Part shown: one piece after another, positions 20,517 to 29,229 of the stretch
How the letters are laid out: each line of letters begins with the position of its first letter
Position numbering within the stretch: position 1 is the first letter of the stretch
Made by a program: the position numbers and the translations under genes
The notes under the pieces: generated by a model
Database searches by the model: none
The model's input: only the letters and a program-made list of their open reading frames with translations
What the model was told of the DNA's origin: nothing
DNA from: Acidobacteriota bacterium
Lineage (GTDB): Bacteria; Acidobacteriota; Thermoanaerobaculia; Gp7-AA8
Assembly (NCBI GenBank): GCA_021781455.1
Contig: JAJXWV010000041.1
Span: forward strand, 75,484 to 139,483
Length of the DNA stretch: 64,000 nucleotides
Reading direction: 5' to 3'

Positions 20517-22256
20517 ATGGCTCTAGTCGATCTCAACGACGCCGTGATCTCCCAGGTCCGCCAGGCGGCGGATCTCGTGGAGTTCGTCTCGCAGGTGACG
20601 CCGCTGAAACTGGCCGGCAAGAGTCACAAGGGGCTCTGCCCGTTTCATCGCGAGAAGACGCCGTCCTTCCATGTCGACCGGGCCAAGGGCTTGTTCTACT
20701 GCTTCGGATGCGGAGTCGGTGGAGACGTCTTCAAGTTCCTCACGCTGACGGAGCGCTTCACGTTTCCGGAGGCCGTCGAGCACGTGGCCGCGCGGGTCGG
20801 GATCGAGCTCCCACGCAAGCGGAGGACGGCTCGGGAGAGCGACAAGGACGACCTGCTGGAAGTCCTGGACGAGGCTTCCGAGGCCTTCCATCAGGCGCTG
20901 CAGTGGACGCCTAACCCGGCCGACGATTACCTGCACAACCGGGGCGTTCCCGAGGCCATCGTAAAGAAGTACGGCTTCGGCTACGCGCCCGATTCGTGGG
21001 ATTACATCTTCACGAGGCTTGCGCGAAAGCACGGCGAGAAGAAACTCGAGGCATCGGGACTGATTCAGCCGCGCAAGAGCGGAGGTGGTTTCTACGATCG
21101 CTTCCGCAACCGGCTCATCATCCCGATCCACTCGGAGACGGGAGCCCTCGTCGGTTTCGGCGGCCGGACGCTCGACGGCAGCGATCCGAAGTACCTGAAC
21201 TCGCCGGAGTCGGAGATCTTCAACAAGTCGCGGCTGCTGTACAACCTGCACCGCTCGAAGGACGCCATGCGGCGCATCGATCGCGCGATCCTGGTGGAGG
21301 GGTACTTCGATGCCATCGCCATCGACCACGCGGGAGTGCCGGGCGTGGTGGCCTCGATGGGGACGTCGCTGACGACGGGCCAGGCCTCCCTGATGCGCCG
21401 CTACGCGCGGCGTGTGGTGATCGCGTACGACGGAGACGACGCCGGGAAGAACGCCACGCTCCGCGCGGCTCCGATCCTGCTCGCCGCCGGCATCGACGTG
21501 CAGGCGCTCGATCTGATGGGCGAAAAGGATCCCGACTCCCTGGTTCAGAAGTTTGGCGTGGACCGCTTTCTGGAGGTCCTCGGAAACGCCACCGACATCT
21601 TCCAGTTCGCGTTGAAGCTGTGGGCGGCCGACCCGGGGCAGCTGACGGGCCGCGAGAAGTCGGAGCGCGTGGAGATGTTCGTGCCACTGCTCAGCGCAGT
21701 AGCCGATCCGGTGGTCCGCAACGACGCCGCCCAGCGGATCGCCGATGCTTTCCGGCTGGAGTTCGACACGGTGTGGTCGCGGGTCCGCGGCAGGTCGCAA
21801 ACGGTGGTGACGGAACGGCAGGCGTCAGCGCCCGGATCGACGGCGGAAAAGATGCTGCTGACGGCGGCCATTCAGGGACGATTGCCGCAGGAGGTGGCCG
21901 GGCGGCTTCGCGAGGAGTACTTCGGGGATCCGGCGTGCCAAACGCTCTTTTCTATCATAAAAACCGGGCTGCTGTCAGGCGATCCTCTTGATTTCGCAGC
22001 GATAGCGACCCATCTTAGGGGCGAAGCCGAGCTTACCCTGCTCTCCGAGCTGACGCTCAGCGAGGATGTCGACGACGCGACCCTTCAAAAGATCGACGAG
22101 AACCTGCGGCCCATGGAGCGGCACTTTCTCGAGCGGAGACAGCTCGAAATCCAAAGAGACATGGTGGAGGCACAAAAGAGAGGTGATGCGCAGCGGCTGG
22201 ACGAGCTGGCCGCCGAGAAGCACGACCTGTCCCGTATCTCCAGCAGGTTGAAATAA
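20517..22256 (+). CDS. dnaG: DNA primase
   Basis: CPFHREKTPSF..CFGC zinc finger, YDRFRNR, KYLNSPE, TOPRIM VEGYFD/YDGD. Confidence 0.98.
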   Translation: MALVDLNDAVISQVRQAADLVEFVSQVTPLKLAGKSHKGLCPFHREKTPSFHVDRAKGLFYCFGCGVGGDVFKFLTLTERFTFPEAVEHVAARVGIELPRKRRTARESDKDDLLEVLDEASEAFHQALQWTPNPADDYLHNRGVPEAIVKKYGFGYAPDSWDYIFTRLARKHGEKKLEASGLIQPRKSGGGFYDRFRNRLIIPIHSETGALVGFGGRTLDGSDPKYLNSPESEIFNKSRLLYNLHRSKDAMRRIDRAILVEGYFDAIAIDHAGVPGVVASMGTSLTTGQASLMRRYARRVVIAYDGDDAGKNATLRAAPILLAAGIDVQALDLMGEKDPDSLVQKFGVDRFLEVLGNATDIFQFALKLWAADPGQLTGREKSERVEMFVPLLSAVADPVVRNDAAQRIADAFRLEFDTVWSRVRGRSQTVVTERQASAPGSTAEKMLLTAAIQGRLPQEVAGRLREEYFGDPACQTLFSIIKTGLLSGDPLDFAAIATHLRGEAELTLLSELTLSEDVDDATLQKIDENLRPMERHFLERRQLEIQRDMVEAQKRGDAQRLDELAAEKHDLSRISSRLK

Positions 22257-22424
22257 TTATTGTCCTCTGATCATTACCAGACTGTCCTCTGCGGACGAAC
22301 CTTTGACGAAGCTGCCGACCAAATCCGGTGATTGCGTCAAGGTCTCGATGCAGACCGTACGTTAGCGTTCGAACCGTAGTGCCGAGGGCGACCTGAGAGC
22401 TGCCCGGAGAGGAGCGTCAACGCC

Positions 22425-24257
22425 ATGACATCACGCCTGCGCACTTCGAACCTCGAACAAGAGACCAACTTTGATGAGGGGGTTGGAGATTTGAGCGTCG
22501 AAGAGAAGTACGCTGAGGTGAAGCAGCTCATTATCATCGGGAAGGAAAAGGGCTTTCTCCTCTACGACGAGATCTACGAGGTCCTCCCGGAAGAAATCAC
22601 GAGCCTCCCCGAAGAGCTCGACGAGATCTACATCCGCTTCAACGATCTGGGCATCGACGTCGTCGAAGATGCCGAGAAACCGCTCCAGACGTCCACCAAG
22701 GGCATCGTCACCATCGACGGGACCATCGAAGAAAAGGAGATGGACCAGCGCGAGGAGGTCCAGCAGGACATCATCGCGGCCTCCAGTGGCATCGTCGACA
22801 AGACCAATGACCCCGTGCGCATGTACCTGCGCGAGATGGGGACGGTCAAGCTCCTCGATCGGCAGGGCGAAGTCGACATCGCCAAGCGCATCGAGAAGGG
22901 CGAACGCCGGGTCTTCAAGGCGCTCTCCGCGAACCGCATCATCCGCGAAGAGATCCTGAAGATCTACGACGCCGCCAAGAAGGACACGCGCGTCATCAAG
23001 GAGACCATCGACCTGGCCATGCCGGACGATGACGGCAGCGTGGCCGTGGAGATGGAGAACGGCGAGCCGAAAATGCCCGCCGCCACCGTCAACAAGATCA
23101 ACGAGATCCTGCTCATCTTCGAGAAGATCGCCAAGCTCGACAAGAAGATCAAGGACGCCAACGGCAAGATCGCCGATCCGAAGAAGCTCAGCCAGCGCGC
23201 CCTGGCCGCCGCGCACAAGAACATCGAGAAGCTGGAGATGGATCTGGCCAACGAACTGCGCCAGATCGACTTCACGCCGCAGACGCGCAATCGGATGATC
23301 AACAAGCTCAAGGACATCGACAACGAGCTGTCGATGGCCTCGTCCATGATCCGCAAGGACGAGCAGGCCTTCAAGCGCGAGAAGGACAAGACCCGCCGCG
23401 ACTTCTACCGCCGCCGCCTGCAGAAGTACCAGGAAAAGCTCGTGGAGCTGGAAGCCTTCTACGGCACCACCCACGACGAGCTGAAGAAGACCATTCGCGA
23501 GATCCGCTCAGGCGAAGAGGAAGCCGATCAGGCCAAACAGGAGCTGATCGTGGCCAACCTCCGCCTGGTGGTCTCCATCGCCAAGAAGTACACCAACCGC
23601 GGGCTGCAGTTCCTCGACCTCATCCAGGAAGGCAACATCGGCCTGATGAAGGCCGTCGAGAAATTCGAGTACCGCCGCGGCTACAAGTTCTCCACCTACG
23701 CCACGTGGTGGATCCGCCAGGCCATCACCCGCGCCATCGCCGATCAGGCCCGCACCATTCGCATCCCGGTGCACATGATCGAGACCATCAACAAGCTCAC
23801 CCGCACTTCCCGCGCCCTGGTGCAGGAGCTCGGCCGCGAGCCGCAGGCCGAAGAGATCGCCCAGCGCATGGACATGCCGGTGGCCAAGGTTCGCAAGATC
23901 ATGAAGATCGCCCAGGAGCCGATCTCGCTCGAGACGCCCATCGGCGAAGAGGAAGATTCGCATCTCGGGGACTTCATCGAGGATCGCGCCGTGGTCTCCC
24001 CCATCGACCACGTCATCGTCTCGAACCTCAAGGAGCAGACCAACAAGGTCCTGCGCACCCTCACCCCACGCGAGGAGCAGGTGCTGAAGATGCGCTTCGG
24101 CGTCGGCGACGGTGCCGAGCACACCCTCGAGGAGGTGGGACGCTCGTTCAACGTCACCCGTGAGCGCATCCGCCAGATCGAGTCGAAGGCGCTCCGCAAG
24201 CTCCGCCATCCGTCGCGCTCGAAGAAGCTTCGTCCCTTCCTCGACGCCACCTTCTGA
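22425..24257 (+). CDS. rpoD: RNA polymerase sigma factor RpoD
   Basis: [46 protein letters not shown]; start may be TTG 22491. Confidence 0.98.
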   Translation: MTSRLRTSNLEQETNFDEGVGDLSVEEKYAEVKQLIIIGKEKGFLLYDEIYEVLPEEITSLPEELDEIYIRFNDLGIDVVEDAEKPLQTSTKGIVTIDGTIEEKEMDQREEVQQDIIAASSGIVDKTNDPVRMYLREMGTVKLLDRQGEVDIAKRIEKGERRVFKALSANRIIREEILKIYDAAKKDTRVIKETIDLAMPDDDGSVAVEMENGEPKMPAATVNKINEILLIFEKIAKLDKKIKDANGKIADPKKLSQRALAAAHKNIEKLEMDLANELRQIDFTPQTRNRMINKLKDIDNELSMASSMIRKDEQAFKREKDKTRRDFYRRRLQKYQEKLVELEAFYGTTHDELKKTIREIRSGEEEADQAKQELIVANLRLVVSIAKKYTNRGLQFLDLIQEGNIGLMKAVEKFEYRRGYKFSTYATWWIRQAITRAIADQARTIRIPVHMIETINKLTRTSRALVQELGREPQAEEIAQRMDMPVAKVRKIMKIAQEPISLETPIGEEEDSHLGDFIEDRAVVSPIDHVIVSNLKEQTNKVLRTLTPREEQVLKMRFGVGDGAEHTLEEVGRSFNVTRERIRQIESKALRKLRHPSRSKKLRPFLDATF

Positions 24258-24281
24258 TTCTCACGATCCGAAAACGAAACA

Positions 24282-24304
24282 GGGCGGCCTCCGGGCCGCC
24301 CTTG
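24282..24304 (+). terminator. Hairpin after rpoD
   Basis: GGGCGGCC-tccg-GGCCGCCC-TTGTT. Confidence 0.65.
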
Positions 24305-24472
24305 TTATTGCCTGCCGTTCCCAGCGTTCCTCCAACGATCGCGAAGGAAATCGCCGGCCACACGTCTTTGCATTCGCATCGGGACACGACCATGCGTGAC
24401 CGGCCGCGCTTGCTTCATGATCGTTTTTGTTTACGATGCCCGCAACCAATACCCGTTCTCGAGGCGACTTCC

Positions 24473-25150
24473 TTGAAACTGCTCGCGAGTGCGCTGTTTT
24501 CTCTCCTGGCTTTGCCTCTCTTCGCGGCCCAGCCCTATCACCTTCAGCTCGAGGCCAACCCGGCCGCTCCGTTCCCCTTCCTCAGCCGGTTCGGGACCGT
24601 GACCATCGACGTCTACGGCGGCGGCGTCCGCGCCGAAACGATCTGGCTGAACGGGTTCAGCCGCAACGGCGGCCAGGCTGTGACGGTCGAGAACCCTCTC
24701 GGCCGGATGTACACCGACCTTCCGCTGCCGGAGATCGCGAAACTGGTGCGAAAGCTCGGCGGCTCGTCGCTGGGGCCGCTCTCCGGCCCTCCGGAGAGGG
24801 TCACCGCCGCAGTCGCCGGTAAAGTTCGTGGCATCGATGCAGAGCGATACCGCCTCGTCTACGGTCCGCAGGCGTGGATCGATGTCTGGACGACGAAAGC
24901 GGTTCCTGACAACCCGCAGTTCCGCGCCATCGCCAACGAGTTCGTGGCCGGCGTTTCGCCCCCCGCCGCGGAGATCGCGCGCAGGCTTCCCGGCACACCG
25001 ATCTACGTCGAGTTGAACTTCCGCCGTTTCCACAAGCTGCCTCTGCTGCGGCTCAAGTCGCTGTCGTTCGAGAATAAGGGCGAGTCCGATGCTCTCAGCG
25101 TCGGGATGCTCTATTTCAAGGCGCTGATGCTCGATGCGCTCTGGAAGTAG
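24473..25150 (+). CDS. Secreted hypothetical protein
   Basis: TTG start gives MKLLASALFSLLALPLFAA signal peptide; high-GC3 frame. Confidence 0.75.
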   Translation: MKLLASALFSLLALPLFAAQPYHLQLEANPAAPFPFLSRFGTVTIDVYGGGVRAETIWLNGFSRNGGQAVTVENPLGRMYTDLPLPEIAKLVRKLGGSSLGPLSGPPERVTAAVAGKVRGIDAERYRLVYGPQAWIDVWTTKAVPDNPQFRAIANEFVAGVSPPAAEIARRLPGTPIYVELNFRRFHKLPLLRLKSLSFENKGESDALSVGMLYFKALMLDALWK

Positions 25151-25600
25151 CCTTTCGCCTTTGTGCTCTATATGTTACGGCGAGTGCGGCCGCAGCCCCA
25201 GTTCCCTTCCTGACGGGCACGCCGATTGAAATAGTAAATCGCGAGCGTTTTTTCAGTTGTGATTTCGAGAGAAAAACGTATCATATTAACCATGCATGAA
25301 TGGGGAGGCGTCCGGCGGGCTGCAATAATCGCCCGGCGCAGCTGTTTCCATCCGTGTACGCTTCCTGTGCGGCATACGCCGCATGATCTTTAAAAATACG
25401 ACGAGTTCCCGCTCCTCCCCTCTGCCTCGGGGCGAGATGGAGCGGTCGATCCGGTCCGCGACTTCGGCGAGGTGGGTCATGACCATGGACGTGACGCTTG
25501 TCGCGGGTCCGCCGGAAATTCATGGGGGAGGAGGTACAAAAATTCGCATGGATTGTTCTAATACACCTAAGGGGGCTACGACCTCGTAGCTTCCACCCCG

Positions 25601-25630
25601 AAAGGGCGCCCGTAACACGGCGCCCTTTTT
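25601..25630 (+). terminator. Intrinsic terminator, possibly bidirectional
   Basis: AAAGGGCGCC-cgtaacac-GGCGCCCTTTTT. Confidence 0.75.
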
Positions 25631-25752
25631 CAATTTCTGAGAGTTTCCGGCGGCGCCTGACGGCGCCGCTTTCTGTTTGGCCGGAGTGCGGACGTCCCGT
25701 CCGCACCCGCGGGACGTCTCGTCCCGCGGTCCTGGCGCGCCATCGACGATGC

Positions 25753-26019
25753 CTAGTCGAGCCGCGGAATGACCACTCGCCCGCCCTCGAGCGGAAGGGA
25801 CGGGCTGGCCGGCCGGAGAATCGCCCTGAGGCGCTCCTGGAGGACTTCCACCGAGGTGAACTCGGAATCGAGCAGCTTGTGGAGCGCCTCGACGCCGGCA
25901 GCACGGATCCGGCTCGGCTTGCGCGTCAGGCAGGCGTTGGTCTTACAGCGCGGCGTGCAGTACTTGCGCGTCGATCGCGTCTTCGGAAAGAGACTGCCGC
26001 AATACGAGCAGGTGCCCAT
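25753..26019 (-). CDS. 88-aa zinc-finger protein
   Basis: CSYC...RKYCTPRC motif; GGAGG RBS just upstream. Confidence 0.7.
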   Translation of the reverse strand: MGTCSYCGSLFPKTRSTRKYCTPRCKTNACLTRKPSRIRAAGVEALHKLLDSEFTSVEVLQERLRAILRPASPSLPLEGGRVVIPRLD

Positions 26020-26044
26020 CCCGTCCTCCCCCCTCCCACGGACT

Positions 26045-26139
26045 ACCGTTGATCAACGATTGGCGGCGGAGCGCCGTGGCCAACGGCCGGTTCTCACGAG
26101 CCGGCCGGTAACCGTTGATTAACGGTTCAACCGTTGATC
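26045..26139. promoter_or_regulatory. Triple ACCGTTGAT palindromic operator-like array
   Basis: CGTTGATCAACG 26047-26058, AACCGTTGATTAACGGTT 26110-26127, AACCGTTGATC 26129-26139. Confidence 0.5.
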
Positions 26140-26294
26140 GGCGACAAAAGTACGCCGGCCGGTCGCGATCGTCAACTAGTGGACGAAGGGGCGGCGTTCG
26201 CAGATTCGCATATTCGCCGCCGCAGTTTTACCCCATGGGCAACAGGCAGGGATCGTACGTTTCTGACAACCACCCGCCAATTTGCGTTGAACGC

Positions 26295-26535
26295 ATGCCG
26301 CAGATTGTTTTCCTCACGCTCTTCCTCGGCCCGACCTCGGGATCAGGGTTGATCGCTGCTGGGCGGCCGGGCCCTGGTGACGCTGGATCGTCCTCCGTGG
26401 TCAGCGCAGGTCGACTTCGGTCCTGAACTGACGCCGCAGGCTCTCGTCGTGATCGGTTTCGACGCGAACGGTGTCGAGATCGCACGCGCGTCGCAGAGCC
26501 TCAATCTTCCGCGCCCGGTCGCAGAAGTCGATTGA
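26295..26535 (+). pseudogene. Broken 5' fragment of a larger exported protein gene
   Basis: MPQIVFLTLFLG, then in another frame LDRPPWSAQVDFGPELTPQALVVIGFDANGVEIARASQSLNLPRPVAEVD*. Confidence 0.6.
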
Positions 26536-26586
26536 GCCGAATTCGTACGATCACTCTTGCTGATCCGTGCCACTTCCGCGTGAGTG

Positions 26587-28899
26587 TTACCGTCGCACCG
26601 GCCGGGATCGGGGCACGGCGTCGAGGTCGCGCAGGAATGCCCGCGGCGCGGCGCCGTACGGGCGCTCGATGCCGAGGCGAACGTACGCCAGGTACGCATG
26701 ATCGCCGGCGATGCAGAGAGAATCGCGGGACAGGACGATGGCGTTGTCGGCTCGTCCATCGAAGCGCAGCGCAATTGTGTCCGACTGCACAATCGACGCT
26801 TGCGCGTCGAGAGTGGCGCGATGGATCTCGATTCCGGTCGTCGTCATGACCGGCCAAGCAATCGTGTACGCCGATGCATTCCAGGCGATCGGAACGACGC
26901 CGGGAGCCACGCCGAAGAAATTCGCCGAGCCGGTCCAGATCGCGTGTCCGTTCTGCTGCGGCGTGCCGTCGAGCAGCTCGCCATTCCGCGAAACAGCGCT
27001 CGAGCGGACCGAGTAGCGTGCGTCCTGCAGCGGTTGGCTCATCCACGTGACGATGGCGCCGTCGCCGTTCGCAGCGATCGAAATGCTCTCCTGATCATCG
27101 GGATCGACCGCGATCGCGATTCCGCCCGGCGCGTCGAGCGGCCGGCCGTCCGCGGCGAATCGCCCGGCGTAGACGTCGCCTTGACTTGCGAGGGGACACT
27201 CGAACGGACAGTGGAGAATTCCGGGCTCGAGCTGCACCCAGCCGATCCAGTACATTGAGCCGTCGAACGCGATCGCGGGCTGCTGATGCCGCTGCGGACC
27301 GACTGTGATCGTGGAGGCATCATCGAGCGTTCCGTTCGCGCGCACGCGCCTGATCCGGATCTGTCCCGAACCGTCGGCAGCCTGCCAGGCCACGACCCAG
27401 TCGCGTCCGTCGCTCGCGACAACCGGGCTGTCCAAGCTCGCGGTCGTCTGCGCCCCCTCGTCGATGACGATGTCCGCCGTATCCAGCGGCACCGCGGATG
27501 TGGAGAAGCGGCGCGCTTTGACGCGGCAATTCTGCTGAGCGCCTTCTTCCCAGACGACGAGGTGCGCTATGCCATTGAATGCCGTCGATACCTGCACCGC
27601 GGTCGAGTTCCACGAGGTCGGGCGCAGGCCGGTCGCGATCCGAATGCCGTTGCCGGTCGCCGGGACGCCCTCCGCCGTCAGGTGGCCGACATACAGATCA
27701 GAATTGGCGAATGGACCATAGGCCGTACTGAATGGACGGTACTCGGACCACGCCGCGAACCATCCGTCAGGATCGCGCGAGATCGCTGGCGCGGTCTGGT
27801 ACGAGGCGCCGCTTGCCGCCGCAATGGCGGTGCCGGTTGTCAAATCGTCGTGCAGCAGTGCGACTCGAAAAATCCGGTCGGTCGACGTGACCCATGTGAC
27901 GAGCCGCGCGTCAGGCGAGATGCCGAACCCGGAGACGTGATCGGCGATGACCACAGGCGCTCCCACGGCAACCAGATTGCTGTCGAGTCTCTGCGCGGTA
28001 ACCGTGGCCTTGCTGTCGACCGAGAACACGGATGCCTCGCCATCTGAAGAGACGAGAGCCGAGACCGGCGGAACCGTAACTCTCGCCATAATCGTCCCGT
28101 CGCGCGCGATGCGGACGAGTTGTGGAGAGCCAGGCGGCCACCCAACCGCTGCTGACGCGATGATCCACGATACGCCGTCGAAAACGATAAGGTTGTTTGT
28201 GGTGCTCGACGCCGCGATCGTGATGCCAAGATTGCTGCCGTCCGGCCGCACGATGGCGCCGAGGGTCGATTGTGTGTCACCGTTCCAGACGACGAGAAAA
28301 TTGGTGCCGTCCGTCGACACTGCCACGCCGTCGCCGATCCACCCCTGCGTCCTTGCGATCGGCACGTCGGGGACGATGACGTTCAGATCGTCGTCGAGAA
28401 TCAGCGCGCTGATACTGTGGTAGAGGCTGTACGCAATCAGCAGCTGGCCGCCATTCCAGGCGATCGCAACACGGTCCTCGGTGCCACTCGCGAGCGGCGG
28501 CAGATAGTCGACGATTGCTCTCCTTTCGGCAACATTTCCCTGCGGCGTGACACGTGCGACCCAGATCTGTGAATCCAACCGGTCGTTCCAGACGACGACA
28601 TAGTCTCTGCCGTTCCACGCAACCGCCGGAGGAACATCGCTGTAGGCCGTCGTGATCGTCAGCGGAATGGGATCGAGGACCTCACCGCCGCCCGAGACGC
28701 GCGTCGCCACGATGGCGTAGCCGCGCGAAACGACGAGGTAGTCCTGCCCGTCGGTGGCGATGGCCGGAGTCAGGCCGGCTGCGACCGGCGCCGGCGCCAC
28801 AGTGGAAATCGGCCATTCGGTGCCCGCCGCGCTCATCGCGGTCGCGATCAGCGCAAAGAGAATCGCCCATCGGATGACCACACGTGGATTGTGGCTCAT
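26587..28899 (-). CDS. Secreted beta-rich repeat protein with Arg-rich C-terminal tail
   Basis: GGAGG RBS and ATG 28899; signal peptide; repeated P.vA.(D/N)G..(Y/F/W)lVvW units; ends PRSRPVRR. Confidence 0.85.
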   Translation of the reverse strand: MSHNPRVVIRWAILFALIATAMSAAGTEWPISTVAPAPVAAGLTPAIATDGQDYLVVSRGYAIVATRVSGGGEVLDPIPLTITTAYSDVPPAVAWNGRDYVVVWNDRLDSQIWVARVTPQGNVAERRAIVDYLPPLASGTEDRVAIAWNGGQLLIAYSLYHSISALILDDDLNVIVPDVPIARTQGWIGDGVAVSTDGTNFLVVWNGDTQSTLGAIVRPDGSNLGITIAASSTTNNLIVFDGVSWIIASAAVGWPPGSPQLVRIARDGTIMARVTVPPVSALVSSDGEASVFSVDSKATVTAQRLDSNLVAVGAPVVIADHVSGFGISPDARLVTWVTSTDRIFRVALLHDDLTTGTAIAAASGASYQTAPAISRDPDGWFAAWSEYRPFSTAYGPFANSDLYVGHLTAEGVPATGNGIRIATGLRPTSWNSTAVQVSTAFNGIAHLVVWEEGAQQNCRVKARRFSTSAVPLDTADIVIDEGAQTTASLDSPVVASDGRDWVVAWQAADGSGQIRIRRVRANGTLDDASTITVGPQRHQQPAIAFDGSMYWIGWVQLEPGILHCPFECPLASQGDVYAGRFAADGRPLDAPGGIAIAVDPDDQESISIAANGDGAIVTWMSQPLQDARYSVRSSAVSRNGELLDGTPQQNGHAIWTGSANFFGVAPGVVPIAWNASAYTIAWPVMTTTGIEIHRATLDAQASIVQSDTIALRFDGRADNAIVLSRDSLCIAGDHAYLAYVRLGIERPYGAAPRAFLRDLDAVPRSRPVRR

Positions 28900-29058
28900 G
28901 CCTCCGATTTCTACCGCATTCCGGAACGGCGCAGGTGCGAACCGCGTCACGAGACGTCGTGGTTGTCCGGGACGCCGCACACGTGTGCCTCCAAAGCGGT
29001 CCCCGCACCGGTCATCGTGGCCGCGTACTCATCGCTTGTGGTCCCGCTGGGGTTGATC

Positions 29059-29146
29059 CTGTCCGTGAATTCACGTCGGGAATCTCCGCCTTTTGCGTTG
29101 CGCTATGCTGACGTTCATTGCCTCGGTGGCGGACGCTGCGAACTTA
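29059..29146 (+). pseudogene. Decayed duplicate of tRNA-Leu upstream region plus 5' half (att-like)
   Basis: Colinear blocks match 33342-33494 and end at CTTA in the anticodon loop. Confidence 0.85.
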
Positions 29147-29229
29147 CAGTAAAAAGCACAGCGCCGTCACGACATGACAGCAAACGCATCCGCTGGTAAT
29201 GGGCGACGCCGTCTTTCCCGTCCCGTCCA

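Noticed and set aside
25286..25486. 66-aa minus-strand ORF
   Set aside because: No recognisable motif or clear RBS; cannot be supported.
29120..29146. Second functional tRNA-Leu
   Set aside because: D-loop deletion and no 3' half.
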